Positions 1 to 12,860 of a DNA stretch of 37,825 bases are shown piece by piece. Made by a program: the position numbers and the translations under genes. Position 1 is the first letter of the stretch, and every line of letters starts with the position of its first letter. Origin of the DNA: Macrostomum lignano (lineage: Eukaryota); assembly GCA_002269645.1 (NCBI GenBank), contig NIVC01002738.1, positions 1 through 37,825 on the forward strand, written 5' to 3'. The notes beneath the pieces are model-generated. The model was not told the origin of the DNA. It did no database searches and saw only the letters and a list, made by a program, of their open reading frames with translations.

Positions 1-2
1 CC

Positions 3-108
3 AAAGAAAGGATTTGTCGCGCAATCTGCTACATCACTGGCTATTGGGTCATCGCCACGGGCAAGAAGTCCTGCCACCTGACTTACGTTGCTCAGCTGGA
101 TCCTAGAG
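3..108 (+). CDS. STARD10: STARD10/PCTP-like START-domain lipid transfer protein, internal exon (5'-truncated by window edge)
   Basis: Frame 3 reads [36 protein letters not shown], matching the STARD10-type segment (TGYLIQSTGPKSCVITYLAQVDPKG). It ends at a GTAAGT donor at 109 (phase 1). Not in the ORF track. Confidence 0.85.
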
Positions 109-516
109 GTAAGTTCATATGCAGCTGATTGACGCGTGCGTGAGAATGAGAGTCTGGGAATCCCTATAAAGTTCTTTGTTCCACATCTGATTTTATATTG
201 ACAAAGCCTGTCATATTATTGCACAGCTTTGTGTGTATGCGTAATGGAATGCATAGTAAAGCTTCCGTAGTCTTTGTTCTTATAATCAACATTAGACTGG
301 ATTATTCAGGCTGGCAAGAGAATAGTGATGATTGATGAGGAGCGTCTCTTTCAAGTTTAGAATTTGCTGTTGCACTGACAAGCTATCTTTGTTAAAAAGC
401 TTGTATATGTAGCATTTCGAAGCATTTCCCAAAGCTATCAGATGTTAGAAATCGTTTTAAATTACTTGTCTCCTATACTTACCATGTAATCTTATTAATC
501 TACCTCTGAAGGTCCA

Positions 517-1251
<735 letters not shown>

Positions 1252-3449
1252 TCAACCTGAATTGAGCATCTGCCTTGTGCTTGAGAATTTATGCTTTGTT
1301 TTCAAAAATGGATAGACGACTTTTCAGTTGGCTTTCACTCGCGTCAAAACTTGCCTGTCTGTCAGTAGCAGCGCTGGGGGGCCTATAGAAAGCCAAGGTT
1401 AAATAGAAACCTGTTGCCATGATTATTTTCATTACTTGTATTCTGTTTACTTTTGTTTTAATTGTTTTATAATTGTCTTTCTTCGATTGGCTATTGGACG
1501 TAATTCTGAGGCTTTACTTAACTAGATTTAATGCTCATAAATAAATATGAAATAATTTCTGCTTAAAACCACTGAATTGTGTTCTTTTCACGCAACAAAA
1601 GCGTTTTGATTTTTTATTATTTTTTTAATGTCATCCACTGAGTTAATTAAACTTCTCTATATTATCTAACATTGTGACAGTTATAGTCTCCCTGTTAAGA
1701 GGCCAATCGTTTTCTATTATCAATTATTTTCTGTCACTCGATCTGTTGTGTTTATGTATTTATTATGCTGATTGGACTGCTCTTACAATACTCCCGAATT
1801 TCAATTTAACTTCTGTTATCTATCCTGAGTTATGTGTGCTTCCAAAAAGAAAAAAATTATCGTTTTTATTAACTTAAAGTTAGAAATGTATTAAATTTAT
1901 GTATCGTATTATTATTCTGAATAAGTTTTGTCTGCACAAATGAAGGTCAACAGCCAAGCAGTAGTATTCTATAAAACTTATTCATTGTTATTATTTAATT
2001 TAACAACAGTAGATTCTAATTAATACTAAAATAGAGCCTTAATTGATAAATATTTTTGTTTATTTATACTCAGCAGCAACATTGAAAAGTCGCCATCACA
2101 GAAGATTCCGTCTGTTGTCGCCACTTTTGAGAGAGCAGGTAAAGTCTCTCAATCTTGCGACTGACGCAACTCAGCTACGCCACGCGGCAGACTTGAGTTG
2201 AGGAATGAAGTGAGGTGGAGCGGTGTGCGAGGGTTGGACGGATTAAAGCTACCCCGAATCAGTTTTCTCGTGTCTCTTATTGCAGAATAGTCCAAGAGAC
2301 ACTGCTCACTGGCGACTTTTCAATGTTGCTCAGTATACACCAGGATTCCGTCAAACCCCTCAGCCCTAGTCAACCATTAACAAATGCAAATCTTTGACAT
2401 CTACTGTCAAATTAAAATTATAATTTACTTGGTTTTTCGGTGACTCATTGTCCCGGATTTTCCTGCACTTTTAATTTGATTTACTTTTCCTTACTAGTAG
2501 TATATAATACTTTTTTTAATTTGCTGACAAACATTTGTGATTTTCATATACTCACGGGTAATACGCGTTCCTTTCAATTTTTTCAATAATTATTCTTTCA
2601 GTTGTAATTCATTTCTAAGCAATCAAGCATTAATACAATTTATTTGTGTGAAAAGCCAGTCTTGCACTCATATGTTTCTATTGGCTTGTTTATTTATATC
2701 GATCTCTGTCTGTGTGTGTGTGTGCGCGCGAGCGTTTTAAAGCGCACAATATGTTCTATTATTTTGGTGCAGGCATTCGATTGTTTTAATTGCTGCTAAA
2801 TAATATTTAGACTATTAACAAAAGTTTTAAAGTTTGCACCTTGCACCACTGTCCAGACAGATAAGACAGATAATGTTAATCTATATAATAGGACTTGAGT
2901 TCCGCATTGCTCTAGTTATAAAAGATCTAATCTCTCGCGCTGAGAATTCTTTCCGTTAATATCTAGCGCAAAAAAAGAAATATTATTGGTGCATAGCGTG
3001 TCTCTCTGATCTGAGTTAGTAGTGCTAATATTATTTTGGCCAAGCCGTTGGTGTCTGTATAACTAATATGTCAATCAGTATAAAATATTATTGCTATCGT
3101 TTCCGTTCAATCTGTTCTCATTCTGACTCAATCTAATTATTATACATATGAATATTTTAATTCATTTTTAGTTGCAGGAGAAAGGTTGTTGCGTACGCTG
3201 AGTATCTTCTCGCTTATGCATAAACGGCAATTCTAGATATCTATTACTTTTGTCTATTAGTTCATTCCTTATTTTTGGATGACGTCACAACAAATATATA
3301 TATTTGTATGCATACATACTGTTTACCTAGAACAGGGATTATTATGCTATTTTATTTGTTAGTTTGTGTCTCTCTTGACTTATTTATTAATTTTGTATAT
3401 AAATATCTAGAGCCGTTATTATAGAATTGTGATGAATTTTAATCTATAG

Positions 3450-3593
3450 CAGGGTTCGGCAAACTCAGGCCCCACCGGGTCCTTTGAAACTTCCCGTTCC
3501 CAGTAGCAATCCCTACTCAAAATTTATGCCCATTTCAATTTCCTCTCTCCTCCCTTTCCCTCCCATCGAGGTAAAAAAGTTTCCCGACTCCAG
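3450..3593. mobile_element. Degenerate hAT (Charlie-like) MITE, 144 bp
   Basis: Imperfect TIRs CAGGGTTCGGCAAACT and AGTTTCCCGACTCCAG (12/16 match), flanked by 8-bp atctatag / ttctaaag (6/8 match, resembling the NTCTAGAN target consensus). Confidence 0.45.
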
Positions 3594-5196
3594 TTCTAAA
3601 GTTTTGTAAGAGTCTGAACGTGTTCTGCTAGCGTGTGTTATCAATCGAATGAGTCATTCATCAATCTGTCCCCTGTGCGTGTCATTGTGCTTATATATAC
3701 GTGTCTCGCATATGTCTTGCGATTTCAAAAATTATTCTCTTAGAAGCATCAATTCAAGAATTAGGTGTTGTAGTATAAAGTTAATATGTGCTCGTTTTTA
3801 AGCTCGTGATTCTATCAAGTTTCCTGGGTTAATTCCTCTAGTTTTGAAATATTAATCCTGTTTGCTTTGGCTCCCTCTCGCTCTCCACTCCACTCTCTTC
3901 CCTTAGCGCTCTTGATTGTGACTGCCCCCTTTCCAACTCCCGTCACTCATTCCTTCATACTCGTAGTTCATGTCCAGCCTTTTTACACCTAAAGGACTTG
4001 ATGCCCACGTGATTGTTGGGGTGAGTCACGCCTCTAGGCTTCTGCTTCGTACTCACGTCTTTTTCTTTCCCCACTTTAATTTTTAGCCCGTGTTGCTCTC
4101 TCCTCTATGAAACAAATCGTAAAAATTCTAAAACATCAAAGCCCAATTTTTCTCCTCTTTGCATCTGGCTTTTAAACTTGTTTCCAGGTTCCATAGTTGT
4201 ATTCCTAGGACGAATGGTTTTATCACCATTCTCCATTGTAGTAAGTGATCAGGCACAAAACAGGATCTGGTGGAAATTATTGCCTTTGGCCCACTGTCTT
4301 CACCCCAAGTCCCCCAAACATTTTCATTGGTCTCCCAAGTGTGAATCTCTCCAAAAAACTCAGACCATGCCCTAATGCAGCCCACCAAGTTCCAGTTCCA
4401 TAGTTTGCCCTCTCTTTCCCAATTTTCCATGTCGTTGCGCCCACACTCCACACCACTCTTCACAGTTGGAGTTTTGTATAGGCCGTATAGAAGTGGATAG
4501 GGGGTCCTTGGGGTTGAGCCTGCCTCCCACACGCAGCCCCTGCTTCACTGTACAGTTTCTATTCCAACGTAATGCGCCCCACCCCCTCCTCGTGGTTCAG
4601 CGGGGATTTGCTGTCGCGGCCTTCACTCCAATCCAGCCCTCCTTCCCTATCTCTTTCATCCGCCCCTCTGCGCATGTGTTTGGCTCCACTGTGAATTCCT
4701 TTAATACAGAGGCGGAGGTGAGGTGGATCTCGGAGAGAGTGTACTCTTTGCCATTTAATCATGGCTACATTGGGACTGGGCACGTAGGAAAGAAATAAGA
4801 GAGGTCCCGTTTTTGGTAGTTTAAAACGCAAAAGGCAAAAAGGGTTTCTGCAACTCGCATACCCGCATTACCCGGTCTATTTTTGTTCGCCTGCATACAA
4901 TCGCTGTTCGTTCATCATCTTTGCGTCACCGGTTTTGTGCATCTGCGCATTTTTGTGTACTGCATTCTTCGCCTCGGACTTGGCCTTCCTTCGTGCGCTT
5001 AAAATAGCAACTGCCCTTAGTTGCCGTTTCCCATAAATCCGACTACGGAAACAGGCTAGTCGGAATATCCACCTGAGCGATCGCCTGAACCCAACTAGTT
5101 GCCAGCCGGCAACATCGCTGTTTTTAACGTCTGTCTGCTTGATTTATTCTACTGTTGACAAATCAAGCCGAACAGTATCCACAGTCAGGGTTCATC

Positions 5197-8100
5197 ATGA
5201 GCTCGCATTCTACTCGCAAGTTTGTCCAACTTTGCCTAGTCGCGTTTCTATTTCTACTGCCGGACTTTGAGCGGAAAATGCTGTAGACGCGTGATTCCAG
5301 ATCAACCTACAGCTTGCGTTGGTACGCGACGTTCGGAATTCACTATGAGCAACTCAGTAAAGCTAGTTGAAGTTCTGCGCAACTCACTGCTGATTGTCAG
5401 TTTATTATCGGCGATGTTCACATTATTAAAATCAACGAGCAGGAATTTATTGACCAAGGTAAACCGTTCAACTTGTCTTTTTTAGACTCCATTCGTGAAG
5501 TGACGGGTTGCATACAGATAATTGACAGCTGCTTCAATACGCCGATATCATTTAAAAGCCTAGAAGTCATTCGTGGAAAATGCGATGGTGAAGCAATCAC
5601 CATGCACTTTATGAGCACTTGCAAAATGCAAATACCGCCTGTTGATTTTCGAAATTTGCGCTACATTGGAAAAGGTGGAGTTCTTGTTGGCGGATTAAAG
5701 AATTGTTACTTAGAAAAGCGGATTAACTACGACGAACTATTCTCCGATGCAGCCAATCAAAAATTTGAGTCCAAACTTGATGCTTAGAAGAGAAAGAATC
5801 AGCTTGTCATGAAAGTTGTCCTGTATGGCCCGATTCAAAAAATACTGCTGGGGGCCCGGGTCTGATCAATGCCAGGCAAGATCCAAGTGTCGCAGTATAC
5901 AAGATTGCGTATCCAACAGGTGCTACATTAGCAACGGTGTTGAGAATTGCTGCTCTGAAAACTGTCTAGGTGGTTGCTATGGTACGTCATCGCGACAATG
6001 TTTTGGGTGTACGCGATTTAACAAAAATGGATCCTGCGTTGGTGCTTGCAGCACTTCTAAAGTGTACGACACCGTAAGTGCGCGTTTCGTCGAACCTAGA
6101 GAGAAGGTTTTCCCATTGGGTCCTATTTGTGTCTCGCAATGTCCAAGATCGTTTTTTGTCGAAGAAGATTCCTGCGTTAGCAAATGCACTGCTGGTTACT
6201 CAGCCAGCAGCAATAGAACCTGCATCAAAATGCAGGCTATTAGACAATGTGAGGCTGTTACGTCAAGCATTCTATGTGGGAATTCCAACCCACTATTAAC
6301 TCCGCTTTTCAATTCTTCTGTTATGCCGTGTACTGAGTTTACCGGAGATATTAGCATACTTGACAGTTGCCTTAAGGGCATTCCTTTTCCAGGCCAGAAA
6401 ATTTTAAGTCTACAAGATATGGAATATATATTTAGCAGGCTTACCGTTGTTCGAGGGAGCATCTACGTCACTATAAAGGAACCTCTACTATTGACAAATC
6501 TTTCGTTTATGTCCAAATTAAAAAGACTGGATAGCGCTCCTAAAATTCGCGACTCTGGCAATCTTCTTGTAATATCGCCACACATTCAATATTTGGGACT
6601 GTCATCATTGCAGAGTGTTGCTGGCTCAATCCACATCCTATCTTCAGCCGTAAGAAATCAAAAAGAATTAAAAAGCACCAATGTTCAGTTTTGCCCCAAT
6701 CTTTTTCCTAAACAAAATGCTACAACGGATGGTATCATATTTTCCTCTGGCAGCCTATCAAGTAAAGTTACAGATAATTTTATAAACAAGATACGTAACG
6801 GATTCTTCAGGCAAACGTGCCCCATTGATCTCAACAGATGTCACGTAGAATGCGACCCAAGGTACGGCTGTTGGGGGCCTTTGTCCAGCGACTGTGTAAA
6901 GTGCTCCCATGTCAAAGCGGGAACGCAATGTTTATCAAACTGCAGTGCTGCAAGTGGTTGGTGGTTTGATAAATTTCTTATTACATCAGTAAGTCCTACA
7001 ACGTCAATTGTACAGCAACAATGCAGTCGATGTTCTCTGCTGTGCTCCAGGTGCTACGGCCCAAATGAAAACAATTGTACAGACTGTGTTAGCTCTGCAT
7101 TCCGCGATGGTACGAAGTGTGTAAAGTCATGTTCTTTTTCGTCACAATACGCTGATTCAAGTCGAATATGTCAAAATTGCTCAAAACTATGTCTCAATCC
7201 AAGAAAGAATGTTCCAACGTGCTCCGGAAACGGATCGTTTGTTGGTCGTGGAGGATGCCAGTTTTGTGCTAGAGTTCTCCCTGAACTTGACTTAACAGGA
7301 AAGAGAATCTTAAAATGTTTGGATGTCAGACAAACATGTCCTGATGGTTTTTACGTAACCGTTCTTGACCAAAGTCATCTTTCGGAATTTCCGGATTTAT
7401 CTGAAGTTCTTAGTTCGACAACTCTGTCCGTTTCCATCTGTTTGCCATGCGCCGATCAGTGTAAAAAATGTCAGGGCGCTGCGCACATTTGTACAGAGTG
7501 TCGGCGCTTCAACATTGAGTCAAATGAAAAGACACCATCACACGCTGGATTGAAGTGCAGTTCGAACTGCCCTAACGGTTATTTTGCGGTAGCAGAAGAA
7601 AAAGTATGTAAACCGTGTGCAAAACATTGCTCTGAATGCTCTGGACCTAGTAGCTCGGACTGTTCAAAATGTGACAAACATGCTTTCACATACTTCCCCA
7701 TTAGGGTTCAATGGAAAGCAACGAATTTGTCTGTCTAAGAAGCTGTCCAGACTCACAGCCACATGCGTTTCTAGCCACTGATCTCGGAATGACCTGCTCT
7801 AGCAACCCACTCACTGCTATATCTGACCGAGAAAATGCCAGAAACGAGAAACAAGCAACAGTTATATCTGGGGTTCTAATCTGTGCGACGCTATTACTTA
7901 TTCTGGTCATCCTAATATTGTTTTATTGGTGCAGACAGCGTAGCCAACATTCAAAGAAAAAGCCGCGAATTATTGGCGTTTGGGATGAAGACATGGAACC
8001 ATTGAATGTCACAGACGCAGCACCAAACGTTGCTGTTTTACGCACTATTTCAGAAAAAGAAATATCCCGAGGTCAAGAAGTAGGATCCGGTGCTTTCGGA

Positions 8101-9741
8101 ACTGTTTACAGAGGAGAATGGTTTCCCGATGGAGATAATCAGCGAGTTTCTGTTGCTATTAAAATTCTATCTGATTCCATTGGAGACAACAATGTATCCA
8201 GTGAACTGCTGGAAGAAAGTCGAATAATGGCTTCAGTCGAGCATCCTCATTGTGTTAGGCTTGTTGGCATATGCATGACACAGCCGCTTCAGCTTATAAC
8301 ACAGTTCATGCCACTCGGAAACTTAAGAGACTTTTTACGAGCACGAAAAGACACGGACCAGATTGGAAGCAGCCATTTGCTTCGATATTCTTCTCAAATC
8401 GCTAGCGGAATGAGCTATCTCGAGCAACGCAATATTATTCATCGCGATCTAGCTTGTCGAAATGTACTTGTCGCATCGAATAAGTGCGTCAAAATCACAG
8501 ATTTTGGATTAGCCAAGTTGCTTGATAACCCAAACGAAGAGTACAGGGCATCCGGAGGCAAACTGCCTGTAAAATGGCTTGCACTTGAGTGCTTAGTTAG
8601 CCGGAAGTTCTCTCATAAGTCTGATGTTTGGGCTTATGGCGTAACATTGTGGGAGATCTTCATGTTTGGTGATACGCCTTACGTTAACGTTAAGCCAACT
8701 GATCTTGCTGACTACTTAGAAAAAGGAGAGCGTCTTCCTCAACCGCCTGTATGTACTCTTGATGTATACATTTTGATGATCAAATGCTGGATGCTCAACG
8801 AGTCGCAAAGACCAACATTTGATGATCTTGAGTCTAGCTTTAAGAAGATGTCTCACGATCCTGGCCGCTACGTTTATATCAGAGGCGACAAGTACGCTCG
8901 CAATCCATCAAATGAGAGCGGATCAACTGAGCACAGATCGGAGAGTTCTAAATCGCCGTCAATCAATCATCTTCACTCAACAGAGCTCAATCCAACTGGT
9001 GAAGTTGAAGACTGCAATTACTCTGCTTTAGATACAGCTGACATGGACAATGACGTGTTTCGGGGCGAACCAAGTCTTCCGCAGACATCAATGCCGTCAA
9101 CTTCCCAGCCGCATCCGACGATCGGCAGTGACAGTGGATTCTCCACAGCTCCACCCGTTTCAACAGCCGCCGCTGCTGCCGGGGCTAGTGGCATCGCTTC
9201 TAGGCAGCCTCGAGCTCAACCGAAAGACCCTCAGTTCTACGTAAATGTCGCAAAGTCTCGACTATCTTCGCACTCTGACAACAAGTATACATCGGATCCA
9301 TGCAAAGCCTCTGCAGAGGGACAGCCGCTCTCTCAGCTGAATGACCAGCCATCTGCTGCTACATCTGATGACGACTACTTGAGACCGATTCGAGCGAATT
9401 CCAGCAGCAGTCAGGACGAAGCCCTCAGATCACCGGAGACGCAGTCGAATGCAGTGCCGCACAACACATCGACTGTGCAAAATCCAGAGTACTTTTTTAA
9501 CGCCAGCCGTCGTCAGTATCACAACATTGCAACAGAATTACCCCCGACGAATCAGGGCGAAGAAGCTGATGATGCGTTTCCACAGCTTCCGCCGCCGCCA
9601 CCACCCCTGCCGCCTCCGCTGCCGTCACCTCCAGCACCACAGCCGCCGCCGCCTCTGGTGCATCCTCTGCAGTTGCAGGCGTCCCGAAGCACCTCGGTGG
9701 GAAGTCACTCTGAGGAAGATCCAAATTTGAGCTATGTTTAA
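5197..9741 (+). CDS. EGFR: EGFR/ErbB-family receptor tyrosine kinase, intronless, with frameshifts near 5262, 5385, 5781, 5840 and 7705
   Basis: Signal peptide MSSHSTRKFVQLCLVAFLFLL from the ATG at 5197. L1 domain (CVGT...DCQFIIGDVHI...NLSFLDSIREVTG), furin-like Cys region (CHESCP..CWGPG..CQ), L2, then an extended Cys-rich region. TM at 7861-7932. Kinase motifs GSGAFGTV, VAIK, HRDLACRN, DFG, GGKLPVKWLALE, SDVWAYGVT and DPGRYVYI. Tail has YVNV, NPEY and YHN. Confidence 0.93.
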
Positions 9742-9864
9742 TCGCTTGCTGCTGTAATTCGTCAAACAGTGGTTTCTGTCAAACTGACTCGCATTATGGT
9801 TTGTCAGCATTAATTGCAGTGTAGCGAAGGTTCTGCATAGACTTTGCTGTTTAACTGAAGTCCA

Positions 9865-9870
9865 AATAAA
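9865..9870 (+). terminator. Candidate polyadenylation signal AATAAA of EGFR
   Basis: Canonical hexamer about 125 nt after the stop codon. Confidence 0.45.
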
Positions 9871-10956
9871 GCTGTGAATCCATTGCAGAATTACCGATCT
9901 ACTAAGAAAATACTGCAGAATCTTTGCTGCACTGCATCTTGCTGTGTTTCCGGTAAAATGCTTTGCTGTAGAATTCGATAACTCTATGGACTTTGATTGC
10001 ACAAATGTGCGGTGCTCGTTACATTTCTTTGTCCTGAGCTCACTCAAATATTGCGTATTTTTGTAGCGTTCCAGCTTTTGCCAAGTGCTGGCAACAAAAA
10101 AGACTGCAAACCATGGGGATAATGGAGGTGATCATTTTATGAAGCTCAATTTTTGTTTCATTGCATCATTCTTAAAATATTATTTATTGGTGTATTTTGC
10201 CTGTGAATGCGAGGCCCTAAGCGCCCAGTTCCATCTTGTCATTTTGTCACGCCATCAACTTGAGCTGCCAGTGGAATTCCCAATAAGCGCTACCAGCCAA
10301 TGCACTTTATCCCCAGCAGCTGTACACAGCACGGTCTCCTGCTCACTCAGTCCCAGTTTAAATTTATCTGCTTATCCCGATTGAATTTGGCGCACAGAAG
10401 TCAAATCAAGCAGCCAGTCATTTCCTGTTGCTGTGGGCCCAGTTTCAGCTGAGGCCGCTCTCCATCATTTTTGCTCATCTCTGCTCTGCCCTTTTGATCT
10501 CCCACAGTTTTGCTCAGAATTTGCTCTGGTCCTGCAAGCTGCAGAATTTTCATGCTCTTGCTTGGCTGGGAACAAGCGGATATTGAAGCGGCTTTTACTG
10601 CACCGCTCTGGATTGCTAATCTGATTTGTGTAAATACTTTTGTATCATTTGCATCGGTGTGTCTGATGTGCAATGTTTACTTTATTGTCCCCGACAGAGG
10701 TGCACAGAGGTATCTGCAGTGGTCACACACCAAATTTTTCAGCTTTCTCAAGAGCTTTACGATAATATATTTTTTAATTTGTTTTACTGTGGCTCTCGTG
10801 TTTGCCCCACAATGCGTGCTTGCGTCACCTTGCAGCTGAGCTCTGCAGCCGCTCCATGTAGCTTTTGGTTTGCAAATATAAGCCCGATATTTACTCAGAT
10901 CTGACGCGATTCGTCTGTTGACTGTCTCCGTGTTGGTTTCGCTTTCAATACTGAGG

Positions 10957-11245
10957 TCCTCAGCTCCATCACCCAGCTGCCCAGATCTTCAGCTCCATCA
11001 CCCACCTGTCCAGATCCCCAGCTCCATCACCCAGCTGCCCAGATCTTCAGCTCCATCACCCAGCTGCCCAGATCTTCAGCTCCATCAACCAGCTGCCCAG
11101 ATCCTCAGCATTACCCAGCTGCCCAGATCCTCAGCATCACCCAGCTGCCCAGCTCCTCAGCTCCATCACCCAGCTGCCCAGCTCCTCAGCTCCATCACCC
11201 AGCTGCCCAGATCCTCAGCTCCATCATCCATCTGCCCAGATCCTC
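10957..11245. repeat. ~29/21-bp minisatellite (cccagatcctcagctccatcacccagctg)
   Basis: Tandem unit visible; it explains the spurious ORF 10918..11328. Confidence 0.9.
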
Positions 11246-11541
11246 TATGGTTGCTATATCTAATCCACAAAAAATTAATCTACGAAGTTACAAAATTCCT
11301 TACTATCTACTTCCTATTTAATCAGTAGTGTACCTGAACTATGAGCAGAGAAAATGTGCTGCAATTGGCGCGATTCTCGTAAAGAAAAAGCAGAGTTCCC
11401 CATGGCTATTATGATGTTAAATCTTTGAGCATACGCTCGTACATACTACCAACTGATCTATACTTAGTATAAGGCGTTAATAGGATGCCTAAGGCTGCTT
11501 GTTAGTAGTGTCAGAGGCCAGTTATAGTATCAGGGTGCCTG

Positions 11542-11795
11542 AGCTGGATCAGGATGTCAGAAGCTGGGTCAGGATGTCAGAAGCTGGGTCAGGATGTCAG
11601 AAGCTGTGTCAGGATTTCAGAAGCTGGGTCAGGATGTCAGAAGCTGGGTCAGGATGTCAGAAGCTGGGTCAGGATGTCAGAAGCTGTGTCAGGATTTCAG
11701 AAGCTGGGTCAGGATGCCAGAAGCTATGTCAGGATTTCAGAAGCTGGGTAGGATGTCAGAAGCTGGGTCAGGATATCAGAAGCTGGGCGTCAGGC
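11542..11795. repeat. 20-bp minisatellite (aggatgtcagaagctgggtc), ~12 copies
   Basis: Tandem unit visible. Confidence 0.95.
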
Positions 11796-11893
11796 TGTCA
11801 GCTGTTCAGCTCGCCCCAAACCGCACTGTCGCGGCCGCTCACTACTGCATGTAGCGGGTGTCAGCCGGCAGGAAGCGGTACAGAAAGTACACA

Positions 11894-12154
11894 ATGTACG
11901 ACAGCGGCAACCACAAAGAATCGCACAGCAGGGAGGACATCTGCTGCCGGCTGTTCATCGGAGGCCTGTCCCCGTCAGTGACCTCTGACAGCCTGCACAA
12001 GTACTTCAGCCAGTACGGCACTGTGCAGCACTGCAATGTGCCCAAGGACCCCAAGACTCAGAGATCCAAGGGCTACGGCTTTCTGACGTACAAGGACCGC
12101 GAGAGTGTGGACTCCGCCCAGCTGCACCGGCCTCACGTGCTGGATGGTCGCCAG
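11894..12154 (+). CDS. hnRNP A/B-family 2xRRM protein, paralog 1, coding exon 1 (RRM1)
   Basis: RNP2 LFIGGL and RNP1 KGYGFLTY; GTAAGA donor at 12155 (phase 0). The ATG at 11894 is the most likely start. Confidence 0.88.
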
Positions 12155-12202
12155 GTAAGAGGCTGAGTTGTGTGGGAGGCTTTTGAGTAGCCTTGAAGTT
12201 GC

Positions 12203-12793
12203 ACTGGCTCAGAATCAGCTGCTCAACTGCCTGCTGAGCAGAGCTGGTTAACTGGCTCAGAATCAGCTGCTCAACTGCCTGCTGAGCAGAGCTGGTTAAC
12301 TGGCTCAGAATCAGCTGCTCAACTGCCTGCTGAGCAGAGCTGGTTAACTGGCTCAGAATCAGCTGCTCAACTGCCTGCTGAGCAGAGCTGGTTAACTGGC
12401 TCAGAATCAGCTGCTCAACTGCTTGCTGAGCAGAGCTGGTTAACTGGCTCAGAATCAGCTGCTCAACTGCCTGCTGAGCAGAGCTGGTTAACTGGCTCAG
12501 AATCAGCTGCTCAACTGCCTGCTGAGCAGAGCTGGTTAACTGGCTCAGAATCAGCTGCTCAACTGCTTGCTGAGCAGAGCTGATTAACTGGCTCAGAATC
12601 AGCTGCTCAACTGCCTGCTGAGCAGAGCTGGTTAACTGGCTCAGAATCAGCTGCTGAACTGCCTGCTGAGCACAGCTGGTTAACAGCAGGTTAACTGGCT
12701 CAGAATCAGCTGCTCAACTGCCTGCTGAGCAGAGCTGGTTAACTGGCTCAGAATCTGCTGCTCAACTGCCTGCTGAGCAGAGCTGGTTAACTG
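12203..12793. repeat. 48-bp intronic minisatellite, ~12 copies
   Basis: Unit aactggctcagaatcagctgctcaactgcctgctgagcagagctggtt repeated head-to-tail. Confidence 0.95.
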
Positions 12794-12860
12794 AGTCGCC
12801 TGAACTGGCACTGAAAATCGCTCACCAAAATCGCCCTAAGTCGCCCCCAAATCGCCCCAG

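Noticed and set aside
2074-3230. Possible small exons (2074-2138 and from ~3178) with AG/GT boundaries
   Set aside because: Short, with no homology recognised; such sites occur by chance.
3900-4830. Trp-rich ORFs 4128..4532, 4466..4798 and 4559..4831 as a decayed retroelement
   Set aside because: No recognisable RT, EN or gag motif; cannot be supported without a search.
10085-10904. Short ORFs between EGFR and hnRNP paralog 1
   Set aside because: No motifs, and they overlap on both strands, as expected by chance.
12203-12793. CRISPR-like array (48-bp unit with a CTGCTCA/TGAGCAG hairpin)
   Set aside because: No unique spacers, no cas genes, and it lies in a eukaryotic intron.
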